Below, piece after piece: positions 51,781 through 60,239 of a stretch of DNA of 64,000 nucleotides. The notes below the pieces were generated by a model that did no database searches, was not told the DNA's origin, and saw only the letters and a program-made list of their open reading frames with translations. A program made the translations under genes and the position numbers. Origin of the DNA: a virus; the IMG/VR virus record IMGVR_UViG_3300045988_175328, positions 160,001 to 224,000 of that record. One strand, written 5' to 3'. Positions within the stretch are counted from its first letter, which is position 1; each line of letters opens with the position of its first letter.

Positions 51781-51960
51781 ATTAAATGTTGGCATTAGTA
51801 ATACGGTTTGGTTAATTTCCCCTTTAACCTTACCGTATTATTAATTTTACAGGATGCTCCTGTAGTGAGTCTATCAAATTACGCACCCCTCGGTTTACAT
51901 GTTCTCTCTCATGTGTAATTTTACAGATAGGCTTACTAGAGGAGCATCCTCTTTTTTTTT
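51781..51960 (+). ncRNA. ~180-nt structured RNA or leader ending in an intrinsic terminator
   Basis: TAATACGGT/ACCGTATTA stem. A long helix AGGATGCTCCT 51851-51861 / AGGAGCATCCT 51940-51950 is followed by a 9-nt T-run. There is no ORF. The unit sits between the promoter and gene 52009. Confidence 0.55.
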
Positions 51961-52008
51961 ATTATTTTTTTATTTTAATGAGGCGAGGCCTCAGAAAAGG
52001 AGACTACT

Positions 52009-52662
52009 ATGTTAGTACAAGTAAATTATGTAACAAAAGAATTAGAAGGTAAAACACAATTCGCACGTGCCGTACAAATCGGTGACAAAGTGAAAGCAAC
52101 CGCTCTCGATGTTCACAACAATAAGTTTGAAGGCATTATGACTGAATGTGCAAATATGTTAAAAGCAGTTGATTCTTTAAAAATGAATCCATCTGCTAAA
52201 AACATTTTGTCGGTAACATTACCTGATTTCTATATGGCAAAAGTATTACGCGGCTATTCTTTAGCTAAAAATGGTACTGCCATTAATAAAGAAACGGCTA
52301 TGTTTAAAGGCGAAATTGATTTAGCACCGACTGTAGCTTTTGTACAAGAATTAACAGCTATTCTTAAAAAAGGATGGAGCGTACGCTTCCAATCTTATAG
52401 CTCTTTACAATATTTTGTAGTAGATGCTCAAGGATATGCTGGTCAAACAGAAGCTACTTTTGAAAACGGTGTTTCTAAAGAAGGTTTCGCATTAGCTGGC
52501 GGCAATAAAGCATCTGGTACTTATGTATTGAAAGAAGAAAAAGGACAAGTATTAGCTGTTCGCCCAGATAGTAAAACACAAAAAGAAAGCCGTGCTCGCT
52601 TTGCAGCAGCAATGGGAACACTTAATAAATTTGATGCGAATATTTTACTTAATGCATTCTAA
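52009..52662 (+). CDS. hypothetical protein
   Basis: ORF with SD AAAGGAG, preceded by the hairpin TGAGGC-GA-GCCTCA at 51979-51993. Confidence 0.6.
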   Translation: MLVQVNYVTKELEGKTQFARAVQIGDKVKATALDVHNNKFEGIMTECANMLKAVDSLKMNPSAKNILSVTLPDFYMAKVLRGYSLAKNGTAINKETAMFKGEIDLAPTVAFVQELTAILKKGWSVRFQSYSSLQYFVVDAQGYAGQTEATFENGVSKEGFALAGGNKASGTYVLKEEKGQVLAVRPDSKTQKESRARFAAAMGTLNKFDANILLNAF

Positions 52663-52683
52663 TTTAGTTTAATTGGTATAAAG

Positions 52684-52717
52684 CCTGCTGACATTAGTCA
52701 GCAGGTATTTATTTTTT
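52684..52717 (+). terminator. intrinsic terminator
   Basis: CCTGCTGAC-ATTA-GTCAGCAGG followed by TATTTATTTTTT. Confidence 0.8.
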
Positions 52718-52734
52718 AAGAAAGGATTATTTAA

Positions 52735-53142
52735 ATGGGAAACAGAGCTGTAATTACCTGGAGCGACACGAAACAACCTAAAGTTAGTAATGATTTAGGA
52801 ATCTATTTACATTGGAATGGAGGTATTGAATCTGTTCAAGCATTTTTAGAATATGCAAAAGAGAATGGATTACCTAATCCTAGTGATGATGAACAATATG
52901 GACTTGCTCGCATGGTTCAAATGATTGGTAACTTTTTAGGTGATTATTCCGGTATTGGAATTGGCCCATTAAAAGAGTTAGATCTCGACAATTGGGACAA
53001 TGGTACATATTTCTGTAAAGATTTTAATATTGTTCGTCGAATGTATTGCGATGATCGCGAACATGTTTTGTCGACTGATAAAGATCTTGAAGATATGAAA
53101 GATCAAATCTATCGCAAACAACCTGAATCTTACAAAAAATAG
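52735..53142 (+). CDS. hypothetical protein
   Basis: ORF with SD AAAGGA. Confidence 0.55.
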   Translation: MGNRAVITWSDTKQPKVSNDLGIYLHWNGGIESVQAFLEYAKENGLPNPSDDEQYGLARMVQMIGNFLGDYSGIGIGPLKELDLDNWDNGTYFCKDFNIVRRMYCDDREHVLSTDKDLEDMKDQIYRKQPESYKK

Positions 53143-53150
53143 GTGAGATT

Positions 53151-53393
53151 ATGAGCCCGTTATTCGGACTCGATTATTTGATGGATACTCTCGACGACCG
53201 TTCTTTAATTCTTTTATATAATGAATGGCGCCGAGAGTATAATCTATCTAATCGAGGATTCTTTAGACAATGTGAAGGTATAATTGTACATAGAAATAAT
53301 ACATATTATACAAGCTTAAACAAAAAATTAATTCCATTAAAAGATTTAAGAAAGTATATTAAAGATAATGTACTCCAAGTACATTCTTGGTAG
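53151..53393 (+). CDS. hypothetical protein
   Basis: ORF with SD AGGTGAG. Confidence 0.5.
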   Translation: MSPLFGLDYLMDTLDDRSLILLYNEWRREYNLSNRGFFRQCEGIIVHRNNTYYTSLNKKLIPLKDLRKYIKDNVLQVHSW

Positions 53394-53401
53394 GTGATAC
53401 A

Positions 53402-53872
53402 ATGATCAGATACTGTGATAAGTGCAAGAAAGAAATTGAAACAGAAGTAATTTTTAGAAAAGAAATATACGAAGTTCTTGGAGAAGACATTGAAGTTGAT
53501 TCTCAAATACTTGTTTGTTCTAAATGCGGCAATAATTTTTACTACGAAGATTTTGATAAAGTTACACTAATAGTTGCCTATAATAAATATAGAAAAAAAC
53601 ATAATTTACTTTTTCCTATAGAAATAGAGTCAATTAGAAGAATGTATTGTCTTAGTCAAATAAACTTCGCTAAACTTCTTAATTGGAGCGATAAAGCTAT
53701 TCGAAAATATGAAAGCGGTACAATTCAAAGCAAAGAGCACAATGATTTATTAGTATATTTAAAAGATCCAAGAAATATGAAATCTTATCTATCAAAAAAT
53801 AAAGTTAATTTAGATGAAAAAACTTTAGATAAATTAACATATTTAGTAGATAGATTAATTTTAAAACTATGA
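53402..53872 (+). CDS. MqsA/YgiT-type zinc-ribbon plus XRE-HTH protein (antitoxin-like regulator)
   Basis: CDKC..(26 aa)..CSKCG zinc ribbon, followed by IESIRRMYCLSQINFAKLLNWSDKAIRKYESG, an HTH pattern. Confidence 0.6.
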   Translation: MIRYCDKCKKEIETEVIFRKEIYEVLGEDIEVDSQILVCSKCGNNFYYEDFDKVTLIVAYNKYRKKHNLLFPIEIESIRRMYCLSQINFAKLLNWSDKAIRKYESGTIQSKEHNDLLVYLKDPRNMKSYLSKNKVNLDEKTLDKLTYLVDRLILKL

Positions 53873-53901
53873 GTAGTAGTTTAAAATGAAAGGCCAAAAA
53901 T

Positions 53902-54225
53902 ATGCCAGATATATATGTTCCTGATTTAACAATATTTGATATTATTAAAGAAAAAGATAAAATTAAAACAAGAGATGAATTTATTGAATCTTTGTCAACA
54001 GCTCAATCTGCTTATATTCTAGGATTAAAAATTCAAGCAGTTGATTCCGCTAGTTATTGGCTTGATAAATATAAAGAAACAAAAGATAAGAAATATTTAA
54101 CGAAAGTAAATAAATATTTAATTCAAGCCAACACTGTAGAATTTTTCACAAATTTAGATGTACTTTCAGAAGAATATGAAGACATAAAAAAAGAATATAA
54201 TAAAGTAATTAAGGATGTGATTTAA
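53902..54225 (+). CDS. hypothetical protein
   Basis: ORF. Confidence 0.5.
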   Translation: MPDIYVPDLTIFDIIKEKDKIKTRDEFIESLSTAQSAYILGLKIQAVDSASYWLDKYKETKDKKYLTKVNKYLIQANTVEFFTNLDVLSEEYEDIKKEYNKVIKDVI

Positions 54226-54518
54226 TGCCGAATAATTATAATGATTGGGGCGAGTTCGCCGCAAGTTTAGGATTAAGACAAGAAGGATTTCTTGAAGACT
54301 TAATTAAAGGACACATTGAAGAATGTAATTGTTTTCTTAAAGAATATAGCGAAAGTAATGATGTTTATTTATTTTATTTAGTGCAAGACTCTTTAGTTCA
54401 AATGCGATTATTATATTGTTTGTTGAATAAAAATGCTGATGAGGAATATAAAAGAATCTATTTATCATACAAAAATATTAAAGAACACCTTATAGAAGGA
54501 GGAAGATTAAATGGCTAA
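54225..54518 (+). CDS. hypothetical protein
   Basis: Translationally coupled ORF. Confidence 0.5.
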   Translation: MPNNYNDWGEFAASLGLRQEGFLEDLIKGHIEECNCFLKEYSESNDVYLFYLVQDSLVQMRLLYCLLNKNADEEYKRIYLSYKNIKEHLIEGGRLNG

Positions 54519-55200
54519 CTGTTGTATGAATACATTAATCTTCTATTGTAATAAAGAAGATGATAAATCAAAAAGATCTTTAAAAAAATTGTTTAATTCT
54601 TTTGTTAAATTAAGAGAAAAATATAATTCTAATTTACATAAAATGATGTGTGACCAATTTAATAAACAATATGTAATTCCATCCTTTAAAAGAGCTGAAC
54701 TCGATTATATTTCAGAAAACATTTCTGTATTAGAAGAAAGTGATAATGCTTCTTTTATTATGGAAGTTGTTTCAGCATGGATTCCTATTATTAGAAATAT
54801 GGAACATATTGTAAATATGTGGAATCAGAATAATACTAATTCTTTGATCAAAGTTGTAGGCATGGCCGAAGAAACTGGCTGTGATGTTTATGTAAACACA
54901 GATAAAGAAGGAGATTTTTTCATTGATCGATACAAATTTGTATTTGTAAAAGAAAATGAAGATGAAGATATTTATTCTGACAGCTTTGCTGCATCTAAAA
55001 GAGTTATTTCTAAAAAACTAAGAGAGTATGGTTATCATTTTTCAGAAGAAATTATTTTTAATACAGACAATGAAGAAAAGCTACAGACTATTGTAAATAG
55101 TATTATTGAAAAAGAAGATTTAGAATTAATTAGATTCTTTTGTTTTAAATATGAAGAAGAAGATGACTGTCCAGTTACATGGATAAGTCCAAAGGAATAA
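54511..55200 (+). CDS. hypothetical protein (the N-terminus MANCCMNTLIFY is reminiscent of DUF1281/YubB-like MPNWC starts; weak)
   Basis: ORF. The N-terminal motif is recalled from memory only. Confidence 0.45.
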   Translation: MANCCMNTLIFYCNKEDDKSKRSLKKLFNSFVKLREKYNSNLHKMMCDQFNKQYVIPSFKRAELDYISENISVLEESDNASFIMEVVSAWIPIIRNMEHIVNMWNQNNTNSLIKVVGMAEETGCDVYVNTDKEGDFFIDRYKFVFVKENEDEDIYSDSFAASKRVISKKLREYGYHFSEEIIFNTDNEEKLQTIVNSIIEKEDLELIRFFCFKYEEEDDCPVTWISPKE

Positions 55201-55202
55201 TC

Positions 55203-56075
55203 ATGAATGTAGGATTTTTTATATTTGCAGATAATCATAATCGCAAAGAACGAGTTCCTGTCTATAAAGTCTGGAACTTATTAAATAAAGCATATTCTGA
55301 GGCTTCCAATAACTGTCAAGATTTAACATTAAAAGATGCATATCGTGCCATGTTTCCTATTGATAACTGGCACGATATTCTTGTATCCCAAGGAGTCATT
55401 GAAACAATTGGAAATGTAAATGAAGATTTAGTCGGTTTCGAAATTGTAGTTGAAAGCGACAGTACTGATATTCTAAAAGAATTTGAATTGGCTATGAATC
55501 GATATTTTAATATGGCCGGACTTAATTTAGAAATTGTTGGTCGAGCTGTTGATTACGATAAAAGAATATCGATGAGTACAGATTACCATCATGTTTATTA
55601 CAAAGAAGCTTTAATTATTTCTGGCGAAATAGAAGGAAGTGACTTTTATTGTGACTATGATAATTTGGAACAGGTTCAAAGACTTTTAGTCGATTTTTTA
55701 GAATCGGATACTAGATTAAATGAAGAAGAAATAGTTACTCATGTAGAAGCTACTGGGTATGATTTAAATGATATGGAAGGTTTAGAAAAAGCCTTCAAAG
55801 TTGCTATGAAACATTTTAATGTTAATGGTGATTTTAAAATTGAAAAAATTAAAATTGATGAAAGGAAAAAATATACAATGAATTATAAAGCGAAATTTTT
55901 AATTGACACTTTAAGTCAATCTATCAAAACACTAGAAATGCACGAAGAAAGAAACGGACGAGATTATCTTATTGGTTCCGTTCTTGCAAATTTATATTTG
56001 GTACGAAACGATTTTGAAGACTATCTTCATGAGGAACATGAAGTTAATCTAATATCTGAAGAAATTCCATTTTAA
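55203..56075 (+). CDS. hypothetical protein
   Basis: The ATG at 55203 is preferred. Similar overall pattern to 54511-55200. Confidence 0.5.
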   Translation: MNVGFFIFADNHNRKERVPVYKVWNLLNKAYSEASNNCQDLTLKDAYRAMFPIDNWHDILVSQGVIETIGNVNEDLVGFEIVVESDSTDILKEFELAMNRYFNMAGLNLEIVGRAVDYDKRISMSTDYHHVYYKEALIISGEIEGSDFYCDYDNLEQVQRLLVDFLESDTRLNEEEIVTHVEATGYDLNDMEGLEKAFKVAMKHFNVNGDFKIEKIKIDERKKYTMNYKAKFLIDTLSQSIKTLEMHEERNGRDYLIGSVLANLYLVRNDFEDYLHEEHEVNLISEEIPF

Positions 56076-56087
56076 GGGAAATTTATT

Positions 56088-56528
56088 ATGGCTACAGCAT
56101 CAAGAATTGCAAAATATATAGTTAAAGAGGCATTAAAAAGAAAAATGCCAGTTACTAATTTAAAATTACAAAAATTATTATATTTTGTTCAAGGCGTCCA
56201 TTTGTTTATGCATGAAAAAGTCGCATTCCTAGATGAAATTATTGCTTGGCAATATGGACCTGTAGTAAAAGATGTTTACTATGAATATTCTATTTATGGA
56301 GCAAATGACATTATTCCAATCGATAAGAATGAAAAAATAATTTTATCTATGCGATTAAAGAAACTTGTAAGTTTCGTATTAGATGATTTGTTAAGATATT
56401 CAGATATTGCATTAGTCAAAGAAACAAAAAAGGAAGGCTCTCCATGGAGCCAAGTATCTTTAAATGAAGTAATCGACGAAAAAGATATATATGAATATTT
56501 CTTAAAGAACTATATACATTTTAAATAA
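56088..56528 (+). CDS. Panacea/DUF4065 (SocA/GepA-like) antitoxin-domain protein
   Basis: TNLKLQKLLYFVQGVHL....FLDEIIAWQYGPVVKDVYYEY matches the DUF4065 pattern K-L-x-K-L-L-Y-x-x-Q...W..GPV. Confidence 0.65.
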   Translation: MATASRIAKYIVKEALKRKMPVTNLKLQKLLYFVQGVHLFMHEKVAFLDEIIAWQYGPVVKDVYYEYSIYGANDIIPIDKNEKIILSMRLKKLVSFVLDDLLRYSDIALVKETKKEGSPWSQVSLNEVIDEKDIYEYFLKNYIHFK

Positions 56529-56553
56529 TAATTAATTAAATGAGGGAACAACT

Positions 56554-56877
56554 ATGAGAATGATTAAAATGAAAAAAGAAGTTTTTGAAGCTAAAAAAAG
56601 ATGTCTTATCACTAAAACTATTATCCTAACAAGCGTTTTCTGGCTTTTAATTACACTTACATTTGAATTTTTAAATACTCCAAAATATCATGAGGCATAT
56701 AAGATTCATACCATTCAAAACAATGAAACTGTTTGGGATGTCGCCGATAAATATAGTCATAATTTAGTCGACAAACGAATCTTAGTTAACGAAATCATTC
56801 AAGATAATGATCTCGGAAAAGATGCGATTACGTATAATGGTATGAAACTAATTGTTCGTGAACGTATCTCTAAATAG
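56554..56877 (+). CDS. small membrane protein with a LysM-like C-terminal domain
   Basis: TM helix IILTSVFWLLITLTF, followed by YKIHTIQNNETVWDVADKY..NDL..I..G.KLIV, a LysM-like pattern. Confidence 0.45.
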   Translation: MRMIKMKKEVFEAKKRCLITKTIILTSVFWLLITLTFEFLNTPKYHEAYKIHTIQNNETVWDVADKYSHNLVDKRILVNEIIQDNDLGKDAITYNGMKLIVRERISK

Positions 56878-56887
56878 AGGTGATATT

Positions 56888-57163
56888 ATGATTATCGAAA
56901 CAGAAACTAATTTAATTGTGCCGCCAGGCGAAACAATTAAAGAACAAATGAAGCAAAAGAATATTTCTTTAAAAGAATTAGCTAAAGCTATTGATGAAGA
57001 TGAAGAACGAACTCAAGAATTACTTGAAGGTGATATTCGCATGCAGCGAAAACATATGGAAGGACTAGAGCAAATTCTAGGAATACCATTTAGATTTTGG
57101 CGCAATCTTGAAGACAACTATCGTAACGAACTAGATGAATGGGAAGATGAGGCCTGGTCATGA
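56888..57163 (+). CDS. HigA/VapI-like XRE-HTH antitoxin-type protein
   Basis: PPGETIKEQMKQKNISLKELAKAI..GD..M....EGLEQILGIPFRFWRNLEDNY. The ATG at 56888 follows AGAGGTGA. Confidence 0.55.
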   Translation: MIIETETNLIVPPGETIKEQMKQKNISLKELAKAIDEDEERTQELLEGDIRMQRKHMEGLEQILGIPFRFWRNLEDNYRNELDEWEDEAWS

Positions 57164-57615
57164 GTCTTGAAGAAGAATTAAATGCATACAAACTAGATCT
57201 TTTAGAGAATACTAAATACTTCACGATAGAAGAATTAGCTGATTTGTATGAGAATGGTCAGCTAGATGTCCACTACAATGCAGACAAAACTGAACATTGG
57301 ACTAATAAAAAACAAGATAAATTAATTAAAAATATTCTCTTAGGATTTCCGATTCCTACAATCTTCTTACAAGAGAAAGATGGAGAATATCTTGTTATAG
57401 ATGGGTATAATAGACTTTTTACTATTTTAAGATTTTTGAATGTAATCGTAGCATGGAATGCACATGTATATAGATTCCCATACAAAGTTGAAATGTATCA
57501 TCCAAAATTGCCATCTTTTAAAGAGACAACTTGGGATAATGGCGGCAAAAGACTTTCGAAAAAATTAAAAGAAAAGTTTTTAAATTATCGAATACCAGTA
57601 TATTTTATAAAATAA
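57160..57615 (+). CDS. short DUF262 (ParB/Srx-like) domain protein
   Basis: KLIKNILLGFPIPTIFLQEKDGEYLVIDGYNRLFTILRFL matches the DUF262 core (LI.SIL.G.PIP.I.L....Y.VIDGQQR) with YNR in place of QQR. ATGA-coupled to the HTH gene. Confidence 0.55.
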   Translation: MSLEEELNAYKLDLLENTKYFTIEELADLYENGQLDVHYNADKTEHWTNKKQDKLIKNILLGFPIPTIFLQEKDGEYLVIDGYNRLFTILRFLNVIVAWNAHVYRFPYKVEMYHPKLPSFKETTWDNGGKRLSKKLKEKFLNYRIPVYFIK

Positions 57616-57642
57616 TTTTTGTTATTTTTCATTTATTTACTC

Positions 57643-57671
57643 TTGTATTTTTTGTAATATAGGAGTATAAT
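57643..57671 (+). promoter_or_regulatory. sigma-A-type promoter
   Basis: TTGTAT at 57643-57648, a 17-nt spacer, and TATAAT at 57666-57671. Confidence 0.6.
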
Positions 57672-57677
57672 ATTTGT

Positions 57678-58952
57678 TGAATAAATATTGTTTGTAGTTT
57701 TATATTATTTTTTTAATTTTTAGATGTCCCATACGTCTTAAAATCATATTTTATATAATAAAAGACAGTAGTTTAACTATTGTTTCTGTGATTTACAATG
57801 AAGAAATACCCCTATGTTTCTTCTCAATGCAAAACTACAATCCCATCTAAGTTAGGTTAGGATAACGTGACCTAACAGTTCGCTCCAAAATCCTTACACC
57901 AGGATGGCTTAGTCTCTACAAGAGCTTGCGACTCTTGAATAGTGGACAGGCATGGGAGGGTGTCCTTGTACTTTAATTTTAATTTGTTTTTAGTATTTTA
58001 ATACTGATTATGTAACAAAAACGATTTTTATAACAAAAAAACGAATCATTAACACTTTAAAGTACATGTAGGCTATATGTAAGACCTAAAGGGAATACCT
58101 GGCTACCTTCTGTAACCGTATCTGAAAGCCGGAGAAAGCATTGCTACGGATTCGTCATGTAGTAGCGTTTGCAGTCCTTACCTGGACTTTAAATAGCGGG
58201 TGTTGCGAGCCCATGTAAGCGAAATCAGCAAAGGTACCCGTACTTAGTCTTCCTGAGTACGGATCCTACAAACGGGATGAAGGAACTACTGAATCCCTTA
58301 TAGTATTACACTGTAATGGTAATTAGTAAGGTAAACATAAGAAATAGTGTCTCGCAAGCATGAGTTACCGAACGTTGCATTAATATAGCTATATTAGCTG
58401 TGAATTGGATCTTTCGCCACAGTTTACACTGTAAATGTAGATCTGGAGCTAATATATAGGCGGCCTGTGTTAATGAGTAGTAGCTATGATTAAATGAGTT
58501 CGGGGGTATCAACTGGACGAGCTAATGAAGACGTAAGTCTTTGTTAGTATGTTGAGGTTGGCTTCCGTATGGACGATATCGGAGCCGGATTCCGTTCGAT
58601 AGGCAAGGTGCGAGAGATCGTGAACCCTACCTAGCATGTAGAAGTAGAACCTAGACGCATGGTAAGAACGGTTATTATTTTTCTAGCTGTTGTATCTGAA
58701 TATGTCGTAAGACATTGGAAGGATATATGCAAAAGCAGTACAGTTGTTAAATAAAACTGGAAGTAGAGATCTAATAAAGTATAGGAAGACGCCTTAGGGC
58801 AAAACTTAATTTTTTAATCCAGTAGGATTAGTCTGCCCAAAAGGAGTTAACTTACCCCCGTACGAAGAATATAAGCTGTTATCTTAAGATAGCTGGCGTA
58901 AACTGATTAGATCGGTTTGTCAGAACTGTCTTAGGATAACAGCTATTTTTTT
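57678..58952 (+). ncRNA. ~1.27-kb ORF-free, GC-richer, hairpin-dense transcription unit (large structured RNA candidate, class unknown)
   Basis: No plus-strand ORF of 60 aa or more. Many perfect 7-10-bp hairpins (57791-57814, 57850-57875, 58238-58262 and others). It ends in a 15-bp stem at 58874-58888/58930-58944 followed by a T-run. Confidence 0.5.
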
Positions 58953-59198
58953 ATACTGAAATTGATACTGTAGAACTGATACTTATTATCTGACTTAACT
59001 CTAATGGTAACTGCGTCCTATTTATATTTAATAAGGCTTTAGATAGGGGGCGTGAAAATAGAGCTGAATCTTTATCAAAAGCAGAGTAATCTCTGCGCGT
59101 TGATAATCAGTTAGTATCGGTAATACAGAATTAAGATAGAATTAGTGCTATGTTTGTAGCTTCGGTAATTTGCAGATACAGAAAGGACAGGACGAGAA

Positions 59199-59633
59199 TT
59201 GAGTAAGGCTAAAGAACAAGAATTAGAACGAGTAATTACAGAGTTATTAGAATGTTATGATTTCGAGGCTAATACCGATCTATTGATTCGAGCCATGAAT
59301 ACAGAATTAGTAGGATTATATGATGATAATGGTGACTCTTTTACTATCGGCAATCTTACAAGAGGTGCTATGCGAGTACTGTTATCTAACTGGGACAAAT
59401 GGAGAATTACAGAAGAACAGCCTGAAATTGTAGGGATGTTTGTCATATCAGTTATTAAGAACTATATCGGAATGAGAGCATATGATCCTAGAGCGGCCGA
59501 ACGAATCAACTTATACATGCAAATGTTTCTAGCAGAAGATGAAGCAGATGTTTATCAATTACACTTAGATTTCATACTAGGAGTAGACGATTGCGACTGT
59601 GAGGAACTAGACGAAGTAGAGGTGTTACATTAA
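59199..59633 (+). CDS. hypothetical protein, paralog of 59711-60163
   Basis: TTG start. Shared pattern ..G(D/E)S(F/L)T(I/L)GNL..GA...L......GM(F/Y)....(I/L)......DP...ER...Y......F(I/I)LG. Confidence 0.5.
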   Translation: MSKAKEQELERVITELLECYDFEANTDLLIRAMNTELVGLYDDNGDSFTIGNLTRGAMRVLLSNWDKWRITEEQPEIVGMFVISVIKNYIGMRAYDPRAAERINLYMQMFLAEDEADVYQLHLDFILGVDDCDCEELDEVEVLH

Positions 59634-59710
59634 GATATCATGGCTGCCTCTAGTTCTGAAAGGGAGGAGTCTGCCCAAAATTAAGTATTATTAAAATAGG
59701 AGTATTTAAA

Positions 59711-60163
59711 ATGAGTGCCGATAAAGAGTTAAATATACTCAAGCTAATAAAAGATATCAGTAAAAATGATTTTAGTATTTTACAAGATAAAGATAAAATG
59801 GCTCGTTATATGAAAATAAAATTGCTTGATACAGATGAAGGTGAATCACTTACGCTTGGCAATTTAATAGAAGGAGCCTTAAAACTTGCAAAACGAGATC
59901 ATAATATCCATCGTCTTATGAAACAAGATATGAAAACAGCTGGAATGTATTTTTTAGGTGTCCTTAGCGTTCATGCTAAATTGTATGTTAAAAGAGATCC
60001 AGAAACAGATGAAAGATTCTTCTCTTATATTCATGCATATAAAGCTAAGACTAATGAAGAAATTGATTTCATGAGAGATAATTTTATATTAGGACAAATT
60101 AGTGATATTAGTGATGATGAAATTTTAAATAGAGATGAAATTTTTAATTTAATCAATAGCTAA
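59711..60163 (+). CDS. hypothetical protein, paralog of 59199-59633
   Basis: ORF with SD TAGGAG. Confidence 0.55.
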   Translation: MSADKELNILKLIKDISKNDFSILQDKDKMARYMKIKLLDTDEGESLTLGNLIEGALKLAKRDHNIHRLMKQDMKTAGMYFLGVLSVHAKLYVKRDPETDERFFSYIHAYKAKTNEEIDFMRDNFILGQISDISDDEILNRDEIFNLINS

Positions 60164-60239
60164 TATTAAATCTTAGTTCTCGATAATTAAAGCTAATTGT
60201 GATATAATAGGATCAGATTCTTAAAGAAAGGAGGTCAGT

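Noticed and set aside
58306-58512. 68-aa minus-strand ORF inside the large non-coding unit.
   Set aside because: It has no SD, lies on the opposite strand to the promoter and terminator, and has no recognisable sequence features.
57678-58952. The large non-coding unit as a group I or group II intron, tmRNA or tRNA cluster.
   Set aside because: I find no AGATATAGTC-type P7 core and no convincing GUGYG start paired with a domain V hairpin. There is no GGTTCGA T-loop or CCA-ended acceptor stem. No flanking split gene is evident either. The class is left open.
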